Assembly: GCA_051294375.1 (NCBI GenBank)
Contig: CM119268.1
Coordinates: forward strand, 5,206,615 to 5,235,997
Direction: 5' to 3'
DNA from: Paraspadella gotoi
Lineage: Eukaryota > Animalia > Chaetognatha
Length of the DNA stretch: 29,383 nucleotides
In this document: piece after piece, positions 22,901-29,383 of the stretch
Position numbering within the stretch: the stretch's first letter is position 1
How the letters are laid out: every line of letters begins with the position of its first letter
Program-made: the position numbers and the translations under genes
Notes under the pieces: model-generated
The model's database searches: none
The model's input: only the letters and a program-made list of their open reading frames with translations
Told to the model about the DNA's origin: nothing

Positions 22901-25900
22901 GAATCAAAGAGTTTATCTGAACAGTTTTTCTGTTCTCTAAAATTGTCGGGAACAAAGTTCTTATTTTGTTCAGCTTAAAATCATTACCTTAATAAAATAA
23001 TCAAAGCATATAGATATTCGATTATATGGAATATCTATATGACTCAACAAGCAAAAGTAATAACAGTAATAATATTAATTGGTAACATTAACAATGAAAT
23101 ACATTAATACTAGTGAAGACAAGGAAATAAAAGTGATAGCAATGAAAATTGTATAACTACTACTAGTGTTCCTGAGCTTGAAACAATATAAAGGATCTAT
23201 ATGTTCTTTTGTTTCCACATGATTATACTATCATGTTATCAGTAATTAGCACAATTGGAAATATCTTATGTAAGACGACTGAGGTGGTGGAAACCACTAA
23301 ATTATAGTTTCGTCGCTAAACAGTTTCCGGGATCGAATCCCGAGATGACTCTTTTTATTTTAGTTGAGTTGGAAAATTAAATTAAGGCGGGATCCGAATC
23401 CCACATCCCCCCAGACAAGTGCGACGGAGGAGAGGAGGAACTGGACAAACTCGGTCTCACGTTTGGGCTCATTTGGTTGAAGGAGAAGATGTTTGAGGAC
23501 GCGGGTTTAATCCTGGGCGTGTCGCCGCTCCAACGCCCGGCCGGAAGGGGGATCTTGTGCGTCTGGTGCTCGAGAGAGATCGTAGCCCGTAAGGATGATG
23601 TTGCGAGGGGTTGTCGTCTCGCGCATGGGATGGGTCCGAAGGCGGTGATGATTCCGCGGTGGGCGCGTCGGGGCAAGTAATTCGTTATTTCCTCCCTTTC
23701 TTCGATCGCACGGCGCCGAGTTGCCACCGCGTTTTGCACGAGTTTGCATCGGAGTGTGTTGGCGCTTTGAGAGAGACTCCGCGTGTTTGACGTCGTGTGG
23801 GCGTGGTCGAGGGCGGTTCTTCGTCTCTATTCACCCTGGCGTTGAGCTGAAACGGTTCTTGCTTGAGTCCGAGTCGAAGATGAGAAAGGCCTGCCGTTTC
23901 TTGGCCTTGGGCGTCTCCCTGGAGGCGGACGGGGTGCCGGAAGGTTCCTCACTCAACTCAACTAAAATAAAAGAGTCATCTCGGGGTTTCGATCCCGGAA
24001 CTGTTTAGCGACGAACTATAATTTAGTGGTTTCCACCACCTCAGTGCCTTACATAAGATATTCCATTGTGCTAATTATGATAACATGATAGTATATATCA
24101 TGTGGAAACAAAAAGAACATTATAATCATTTATAGTTTTACTAGGTAACACTAGTAGTAGTTATACAATTTTCATGGCTATCACTTTTATTTCCTTGTCT
24201 TCTTACAAAAGAACTCTCTACATTGTTAAACGATTATTATCCTAGTATTAATGTATTTCATTGTTAATGTTACCAAATTATATTATTACTGTATTACTTT
24301 TTGCTTGTTGAGTCATATAGATATTCCATCCTAATCGAATATCTATATGCTTTGCATTATTTTATTAAGGTAATGATTTAAGCCTGAACAAAATATAAGA
24401 CTATTTTGTTCGCGGATAATTTTATAGAAGCAGAAAAACTGTTCAGCATAAACTCTTTGATTCCAACGCCACTAGAGATTTATGCGAAGCGACGTGGAAA
24501 AGAGGTGGCGACGTTGACCGTGAATTCGCCACATTGGTGAGCCCGACGTGATAGCCATGAAAATTGTATAACTACTACTAGTGTTACCTAGTAAAACTAT
24601 AAATGATTATAATGTTCTTTTGTTTCCACATGATTATACTATCATGTTATCATAATTAGCACAATTGGAATATCTTATGTAAGGCACTGAGGTGGTGGAA
24701 ACCACTAAATTATAGTTCGTCGCTAAACAGTTCCGGGATCCAATCCCCGAGATGACTCTTTTTATTTTAGTTGAGTTGGAAATTAAATAAGGCGGGATCG
24801 AATCCCACATATATTTATTTTATTTTATGAAAATTGTTTATGCCGATGAAGGCTTGAATTTCTAAATTCGTTGTCAAAACTCAAAATTTTTTCTGCTCAA
24901 CATTATTGAAACGAAATCGAAAGGATTACACATAATGAATAATGTATATAAATGAAATAATTAATGAATCCCTCGTCTGAAATCAATTATTTCTCCCACC
25001 GTTGTCTTCAGTTGGTGGATGCCAGAACATCCCTGTCTCGCGCAGCTCGTCGGAAAGGTCAATGACCTCGTGGCTTGGAGTCAATTGGACGCGAACTATC
25101 GGAATGAAAACGAGAGAGATGTCTCATTCGTTTTTAAAGAGGAGAGAGTTCAGAAGAATGGTGAGCAGTCTGGGCTCGGCTTGGCTTCTCTTTTTTCTTT
25201 TCTTTTCTTTTCTTTTCTTTTCTTTTCTTTTCTTTTCTTGTCCTTTCTTTTCTTTTATTTTTCTTTTCTTTTCTTTTCTTTTCTTTTCTTTTCTTTTCTT
25301 TTCTTTTCTTTTCTTTTCTTTTCTTTTCTTTTCTTTTCTTTTCTTTTCTTTTCTTTTTTTTTCCCCTTTCAGAGATCCCTTCTGTCAGATTGAAGCTCTA
25401 CCAAGTCGGACGGCTGATCGATGAAGACTATCAGATGCCGAATAAGGTGCCTTCCCTCCTGGTGCCAGGGTAGACAGATGCCGAGACGGGTGCCGAGGCA
25501 CCTGGCGCTCGGTTTTACAGATGCCTTATCAGAAGACTTAGTATTGAGATATTTCTATTATTAATTAAACGACAAAAAACTACAAAAAACAAAACAACAA
25601 CAAAACGACAACCGAAACAACAACAAAAATGAAAAAACAACAGAAACTATGTGTAACAAAAACAACAACGGAAAAAAAAACAACAGAACTAACAACAGAA
25701 ACAACCACTAAATAACAAAAAACACACTACAAAACAACAACAATAATTGAAACAACAACAAAACAACCGTTTTCCTACTAGGTGGCGTCAGTGAATGCGA
25801 CGTGGACTTCATTCACGTTAACGCTGAAGTTGGAAGAGCCCACCAGAGGCGCTGAGAATGTGTTGGAGTATCTCGTCCATTTGTATGGGGATGTAGAGGA

Positions 25901-25911
25901 TGAGAAGGAGC

Positions 25912-25965
<54 letters not shown>

Positions 25966-28553
25966 AGAGAGAGAGAGAGATCCTTTTATTCAACATTCTT
26001 TGACATATTATACATCTTCATTGATAGGGAAACCAGATGCTGTGAGAGTGATTACACGAGACTGTGGGAGAGTCTCGATTGAAAGCTTGCAGGATCTTGC
26101 TTTGTCATTATCTTGTAAGAGTTATGAAGTTCTTGATCCACCATAGCCAGTAAGGCGTAGTGAAAGTTACATACGAAAATTCTAAAAGTCAATTATGAAC
26201 AACATACCATCAGTGACCATTAATTTTATGTTTTTTAATTTTCGCAGTAGGCTATATTCATATAACTATAGTACTATCCTTATAAAATCAAAAAAATTTA
26301 AATAAGCTTTTCTTAATTTTGATTGCAGATTTGAATTCTCCATCAAAAAGTTGATAAAAGAAATATAATTTATTTTTAAAAATTCTCATTAATGGGTTAA
26401 AAAATTAAAAAAATTATTTATAATTATAAAAGTTAATTTTCAGCTTAAATATAGCTTTTTCTAATTTTTGACCCTCTTAAGGTCCGCGGATCATCTCATT
26501 CAAATTATGATATTAGGGTAAAACCGATGGATTTCGAAAGGAGAGCTCCTCCTGACGATTTCCGAAAATGTATTCACTTTACTATTTTTTCAAAGGCGAT
26601 CATCTGTTTTTTCGATTTTTTTCTGTACTTATATAAAATAAAAGAAACCTATTGAAGAGTTCAGCCCAAATGGTAAGCGGCTTTCTCAGTAAAATCTTGG
26701 CTAATGAATTATCTTTAGGTACGGACTCAATCTAGTGAAAGATACTTTCAAATTTGCTTCCTCATAGAAAATTGATTATTTTATTCGATTTTTGGGATTA
26801 ATTCCTTGATATACTTTGAAACGAAAAACATTTTTTCTAAAACGGCGCTCATAGAATCTCCCCCACCTTTCCTTTCTTGCCCAAAATATATTTTTTTCTT
26901 CAAGAAGAGTCCAACGGTTTGAGCTGCAACTCTTCGTTTTTAACTTCACTTCGTCAAGAAAGTTAAATTCTGTATTCACTACTTTTGCAAGATTCACCAC
27001 AACATATACAAGCACGGGGATGTGATGATGGAGTTTGCTTCAACGTCGATGTTTTAAAAAAAATGGCTTACTGTTTTTATTTTTTTATCAGATTGATTTT
27101 TTTTTTCAGAGCATTCCCTCAAAAATAGAGGGCAACTATTTTATGATATAAACAATTTACATAAAGTAAAAAGTTCAAATTCAAAATAAATTCGATAAGT
27201 TTTTTAACTCATAAAACTCATAAAATCATAAAAATCTGTCTGGAAAATGTGTGTAGCAGTAGTTAATTTTAGACTTATAAGTGATTACAACTCCAAATAT
27301 GTACTTGTACAAAAAGAAGAATTAAATTATTGAAGGAAGTGAGAAATATGACTTACTGTGTAAAAATATCAGTTATTAAGTTAAAAAATTTGGTTGTAGA
27401 AATTTAGCTTACATTTAAAAAAATTATTTTCTCTTGCAAATCTAGTATTTAACCGAAGAAGAAAAATTTTGGTTAAAATTTTTATGAACATTTTAGGTTA
27501 GATTTTTAAAGTTTCAAGTTACTTTATGTTAATAGAACCTTTACAAGATGGTGAAGAAAATGATTAAGATACAGTAATTTAGATTTCATACAAATTTTAG
27601 ATTGTAGTGATCCCATGGCCTTAATGGTAAGGAATTTTTCAAAAAGAGTATCATTTCTTTATACCGATACTTTTTAATGACGAATCAATTGCAAAAAAAA
27701 TCTTAGAAAAAAATGTTTGAAATTTCTATATTTATTGTTTACGTACTAAGTATAAATATGGCCTACTGCGTAAATTGTTAAAATTTATTATGAATTTTTG
27801 CAATTACATTAAATGTTCATTAAGTATAATGTTAGTTCGTATCCTCCACTTTTAGAATTTTAATTTAAAATTAAATTTAGAAATTTTACTACGCCTTAAT
27901 AGCCAGTCCAAAGTAAAGTGAAAGATACTAGCTCATTTATTATATGAATGGAGAATTTTAATATTGGTTGTACCAATTTCATAAATAGAAAGACAAAAAA
28001 AAATAATTTCCAGATATAATCAGAAAGATTTCAACCAATTTACGACCTCAGAAAATCTATGACATGCGGAACATTGAAAGAAGCGGCGAAACTCTGCAAG
28101 TTGAAGGAAGGAAGCGTCGCTGGGAAAGCCAAGAAAATTCACAACAACAACAACAACACGGCTCTAGCAATCGTTTTCAACGGAGTGAAAACGAAAGGAG
28201 ACCACCGCGTCGTCATATTCGCTGTGACGAAGTTTGGAAAAGGTGGATGAGATGGATGGATGGATAGATGGATGGATGGATGGATGGATGGATGGATGGA
28301 TGGATGAAATCGATTGATGGATGGATGGATGGATTGAATTGATTGATGGATTGATGGATTGATGGATTGATGGATTGATGGATTGATGGATTGAATTGAT
28401 TGAATTGATTGATGGATGGATGGAAAGACGACCGCCAGTCACGTAGTAATACAAGTACATTTAACCTTTCACAATTGACAATTCACAGTCTCGGAGAGCC
28501 ATCTCATTCTCCGCCACGAACACACGGATGTTTTAAATTTCGACCGGAAATGA
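3428..28553 (+). CDS. Multi-exon gene for a stonustoxin/neoverrucotoxin (SNTX)-like MACPF/CDC-family protein with a C-terminal FN3 domain
   Basis: Exons joined by hand give SNTX motifs in the expected order: [12 protein letters not shown] (cf. LGRPFxLGMLYD), GVHILCGLVEATG (cf. SFLGGLVEVxG), MATHV + [14 protein letters not shown] (cf. ATHVVxGIxYGAxAFFxFD), [19 protein letters not shown] (cf. CKFxGDFxLxxxPxTFxxA), [11 protein letters not shown] (cf. AVPxxVWLxP), [30 protein letters not shown], then FN3. Splice phases are consistent for all junctions from 5632 to 28553 except across the N-gap at 21495-21867. Confidence 0.88.
3539..3618 (+). CDS. SNTX-like exon ([27 protein letters not shown])
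   Basis: Contains the family N-terminal motif LGRxxxxGMxYD; AAG acceptor; CAG|GTTCGT donor. Confidence 0.85.
4053..4219 (+). CDS. SNTX-like exon ([56 protein letters not shown]), with one extra base near 4059-4062
   Basis: Polypyrimidine tract + CAG acceptor; G|GTAGGC donor; aligns by eye with SNTX LIPGxxLW...SxFKIxxSDSxExK...SFLGG. Needs a 1-nt deletion to join the phase-0 upstream exon. Confidence 0.85.
4672..4765. repeat. Degenerate (TAACCC)n-like tract
   Basis: CCCTAA/CCTAAC variants; a similar tract occurs at about 20170-20325. Confidence 0.7.
5047..5070 (+). CDS. SNTX-like exon start (GLVEATGG), truncated by an N-gap
   Basis: GACAG acceptor; phase 1 matches the upstream TGC G| donor; GLVE motif follows HILCG as in SNTX FLGGLVEVxG. 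Confidence 0.75.
5253..5435 (-). CDS. SNTX-like exon sequence in inverted orientation with indels ([16 protein letters not shown] / TGKFES / LRVLDYP / QDMATHV)
   Basis: The reverse complement encodes MATHV (5261-5275), the motif that should precede GINYGA. The pieces lie in different frames. The same sequence occurs on the + strand in the noisy copy near 18200. Confidence 0.7.
5481..5546 (+). CDS. Possible 66-nt symmetric exon ([22 protein letters not shown]), affiliation uncertain
   Basis: TTCCAG acceptor, AAG|GTGAGA donor, open frame, phase 1/1 compatible with the next exon. It sits between (GA)n arrays, where mis-joins are likely. Confidence 0.35.
5632..5748 (+). CDS. SNTX-like exon ([39 protein letters not shown])
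   Basis: Hallmark GIxYGAxAxFxFD motif; CTTCCAG acceptor; G|GTTCGT donor. Confidence 0.9.
5759..5852. repeat. (ATT)n microsatellite
   Basis: Directly visible. Confidence 0.95.
6370..6664. repeat. Degenerate minisatellite with TTCCACTCTCA cores
   Basis: Recurrent CATTCCACTCTCA(A); explains ORFs 6227-6727 and 6294-6722. Confidence 0.7.
7795..7890. repeat. (CTAT)n microsatellite, imperfect
   Basis: Directly visible. Confidence 0.9.
7900..18960 (+). other. Error-rich, about 2x-expanded re-copy of about 700-5940 (probable uncorrected long-read gap fill, false duplication)
   Basis: Collinear exact anchors: GAATCTGAATTCCTTTT 2204/9593, CTCTAATAAAGTTA 2719/10395, AATAGAAAATC 4156/15150, GCCTCATTGAATCTTCAGATTT 5721/18649, AAACGGGCTGGTTTTTTCAA 5880/18891, separated by insertion-dominated noise. 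Boundaries are approximate. Confidence 0.85.
19055..19307. repeat. (GTT)/(ATT)n microsatellite
   Basis: Directly visible. Confidence 0.9.
19857..19923. repeat. (CT)n microsatellite serving as polypyrimidine tract
   Basis: Perfect CT run ending at the exon acceptor. Confidence 0.95.
19927..20051 (+). CDS. SNTX-like exon ([42 protein letters not shown])
   Basis: CxFxGDxxLxxxP motif; (CT)n + AAG acceptor; phase 1 matches the 5748 donor; weak GTCAAT donor (phase 0). Confidence 0.88.
20484..20634 (+). CDS. SNTX-like exon ([50 protein letters not shown])
   Basis: IPxxLG...AVP motif; TAG acceptor; G|GTGAAA donor; 151 nt fits phases 0 to 1. Confidence 0.85.
20957..21049 (+). CDS. SNTX-like exon ([31 protein letters not shown]), start of the helical FAT-like region
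   Basis: CTCAG acceptor; G|GTGAGT donor; 93 nt, phase 1 to 1; amphipathic helical pattern ending LND. Confidence 0.85.
21495..21867. other. Assembly gap predicted to hide coding exon(s); other gaps at 728-883, 1082-1981, 2748-2947, 5071-5112, 19346-19370
   Basis: N runs. The flanking exons end in phase 1 and begin in phase 2, and the middle of the helical region is missing. Confidence 0.8.
21894..21986 (+). CDS. SNTX-like exon ([31 protein letters not shown])
   Basis: LxxWxxxKxxEIxVL pattern of the SNTX family; (CT)n + CAG acceptor; AG|GTGGAA donor; phase 2 to 2. Confidence 0.8.
22010..22325. repeat. Degenerate TTTGATCC(T) low-complexity repeat
   Basis: Recurrent TTGATC(C)TT in the intron. 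Confidence 0.65.
22428..22649 (+). CDS. SNTX-like exon ([74 protein letters not shown]), thioredoxin-like region
   Basis: AAG acceptor in phase 2; open frame (overlaps ORF 22489-22680); predicted GC donor CG|GCGAGT at 22650. Confidence 0.75.
22832..23405 (-). repeat. Complete 3' LTR (574 bp), TGTGGGATTCG...GAATTCGCCACA on the minus strand
   Basis: TG..CA termini with short imperfect inverted repeats; directly preceded on the minus strand by a purine tract. Confidence 0.88.
23406..23412 (-). other. Polypurine tract (GGGGGGA) abutting the 3' LTR
   Basis: The + strand TCCCCCC lies immediately next to the LTR end. Confidence 0.75.
23413..23953 (-). mobile_element. GC-rich internal fragment of the LTR element
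   Basis: Sharp GC increase between LTR copies; no intact ORF; weak gag-like HxxFGxxARR remnant near 23613-23653. Confidence 0.6.
23954..24533 (+). repeat. Inverted LTR copy, missing about 35 bp at its 5' end
   Basis: Reverse complement of about 22832-23371; ends GAATTCGCCACA; carries about 38 bp (near 24203-24241) absent from the first copy. Confidence 0.9.
24535..24552 (+). other. Primer-binding site complementary to tRNA-Trp
   Basis: TGGTGAGCCCGACGTGAT, 1 nt after the LTR end; 17/18 match to TGGTGACCCCGACGTGAT, the reverse complement of the metazoan tRNA-Trp 3' end. Confidence 0.88.
24548..24809 (-). repeat. Third, partial LTR (5' portion, about 260 bp)
   Basis: Direct repeat of about 23133-23405; ends GAATCCCACA followed by the TATA TSD. 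Confidence 0.9.
25012..25160 (+). CDS. SNTX-like exon ([49 protein letters not shown])
   Basis: TCTTCAG acceptor; G|GTGAGC donor; frame fixed by phase match with the next exon. Confidence 0.8.
25190..25356. repeat. (TTTTC)n microsatellite
   Basis: Directly visible; fills most of the intron. Confidence 0.95.
25373..25446 (+). CDS. SNTX-like exon ([25 protein letters not shown])
   Basis: Resembles SNTX-family IxxYxxGxLxxxDFxxP; long (TTTTC)n pyrimidine tract + CAG acceptor; AAG|GTGCCT donor. Confidence 0.85.
25570..25767. repeat. (AAC)-rich low-complexity tract
   Basis: Directly visible. Confidence 0.85.
25782..25912 (+). CDS. FN3 N-terminal half exon ([44 protein letters not shown])
   Basis: TLxxxxPxxGAENVxxYxV pattern typical of FN3 strands B-C; TAG acceptor; CG|GTGAGA donor. 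Confidence 0.82.
25915..25980. repeat. (GA)n microsatellite starting at the splice donor
   Basis: GTGAGAGAGA... Confidence 0.95.
26151..27898 (+). mobile_element. Degenerate hAT-superfamily DNA transposon (1748 bp) in an intron
   Basis: TIRs TAAGGCGTAGT(G/A)AAA at both ends; perfect 8-bp TSD ATAGCCAG (26143-26150 and 27899-27906); subterminal inverted match CGCAGTAGGC near 26243 and 27760; transposase-like remnant [13 protein letters not shown] at 27259-27297. Confidence 0.9.
28052..28242 (+). CDS. FN3 C-terminal half exon ([63 protein letters not shown])
   Basis: CTCAG acceptor in phase 2; [19 protein letters not shown] resembles FN3 vxgLxpxtxYxvxVxAvxxxG; G|GTGGAT donor. Confidence 0.78.
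28245..28424. repeat. (GATG)n/(GATT) microsatellite
   Basis: Directly visible. Confidence 0.95.
28489..28553 (+). CDS. Terminal exon ([21 protein letters not shown])
   Basis: TTCACAG acceptor; phase 1 match; TGA at 28551-28553; AATAAA about 40 nt downstream. Confidence 0.65.
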
Positions 28554-28594
28554 ATAATTAATTTTTTTAAAAATTTTTTTTTAATTGCGAAAAA

Positions 28595-28600
28595 AATAAA
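28595..28600 (+). terminator. Candidate polyadenylation signal of the SNTX-like gene
   Basis: AATAAA just downstream of the predicted stop codon, followed by T-rich sequence. Confidence 0.45.
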
Positions 28601-29204
28601 CATATTTTAACAACAACAAAAATTTGTCTTTATTTTCATTCATATCAAGGGTTTTACTTTCTTTTCTTCCTATTTTTTATGTGCTTTGCAATTCCCTTCT
28701 TTTTCCTCCCGCCTTTTTTTTACTCTTCCCACCCCCAAACCTGCTCCTCCTGCTCCTCCTCTTCCTCCTCCTCCTCCTCCTCTTCCCGGGCTTTCCCGTG
28801 AAGCGACGGGGGATTCTTTGTTTTCTCCTGATTAGATTCCCACTTTTTCACGACTTCTTATTGGTCGATCGTTCTTTCCGAGGAAGACTTTATTGGCCAA
28901 TGGGCAAGACTATGTATTTGGAGAATGTTATTTAAAATATTTTAAAAAATACCTTCCTTGGCCAAATAAAAATTGATTAACTTGACAGAAGTTATTGATA
29001 ATTTGATACTTTTAAAATCAAGTCCAAAAGAGATCGATATCTTTTTTCTCACTACTTTCTTTTAAGATAAAACTCCTTTGCGCCAAAACGAAAACATCGA
29101 GTCCCCCATTGGCCCAGATTCTCCGAAATCTCTCGAACTCGTATTGGTCGATCGAAAAAAGGAAGAGCAATGTGTATATATATTTTTTTATGGCGCATGA
29201 TATC

Positions 29205-29253
<49 letters not shown>

Positions 29254-29299
29254 AGAGAGAGGAGAGAAGAGAGAAAAAAGAGAGAGAGAGAGAGAAAAG

Positions 29300-29321
29300 A
29301 TGGCGGTCATGCAGTCTCCAG
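29300..29321 (+). CDS. Possible first coding micro-exon of a downstream gene (MAVMQSP)
   Basis: AAGATGG Kozak-like start; CAG|GTGCGG donor; several ATTGG (CCAAT) motifs upstream at 28860-29147. Confidence 0.2.
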
Positions 29322-29383
29322 GTGCGGAACAAAAAAACAAACAGACGGAAAACTTGAAATAAGAAAAAAAATTAGAAAAAAGG

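Larger units (their letters stand above)
22832..24809 (-). mobile_element. Rearranged, non-autonomous Gypsy-like LTR retrotransposon in an intron
   Basis: Outer ends TGT (22832) and ACA (24809) flanked by TATA (22828-22831 and 24810-24813); three LTR segments; PPT; tRNA-Trp-type PBS; no pol. Confidence 0.85.

Noticed and set aside
22832-24533. Foldback/MITE DNA transposon with long TIRs
   Set aside because: The PBS, PPT, TG..CA ends and third copy identify the repeats as LTRs.
26776-27015. 79-aa minus-strand ORF inside the hAT element
   Set aside because: No recognisable transposase motif; the only remnant seen is on the + strand.

Overview
This is an AT-rich, microsatellite-rich eukaryotic (probably invertebrate animal) draft scaffold with six N-gaps. 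Almost all ORFs in the supplied track are artefacts of Ns, microsatellites or noise. Manual splicing reveals one multi-exon + strand gene (about 3428-28553, roughly 700 aa with one part lost in a gap) for a stonustoxin/neoverrucotoxin (SNTX)-family, MACPF/CDC-type pore-forming-like protein. Its apparent architecture is signal peptide-like leader, SNTX N-terminal domain, helical (FAT-like) region, thioredoxin-like region and a single fibronectin type III domain, with no PRY-SPRY or GTPase domain. One intron holds a rearranged Gypsy-like LTR element (TG..CA ends, TATA TSD, PPT, tRNA-Trp PBS) with three LTR segments in alternating orientation, one junction falling exactly at the end of the 18-nt PBS. 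Another intron holds a 1.75-kb degenerate hAT element with an 8-bp TSD. The block at about 7.9-19.0 kb is an insertion-riddled, roughly 2x-expanded re-copy of about 0.7-5.9 kb, most likely uncorrected long-read gap fill. It also shows that one SNTX exon (5253-5435) is inverted in the cleaner copy. Family assignments come from motifs recognised by eye; no database search was run.
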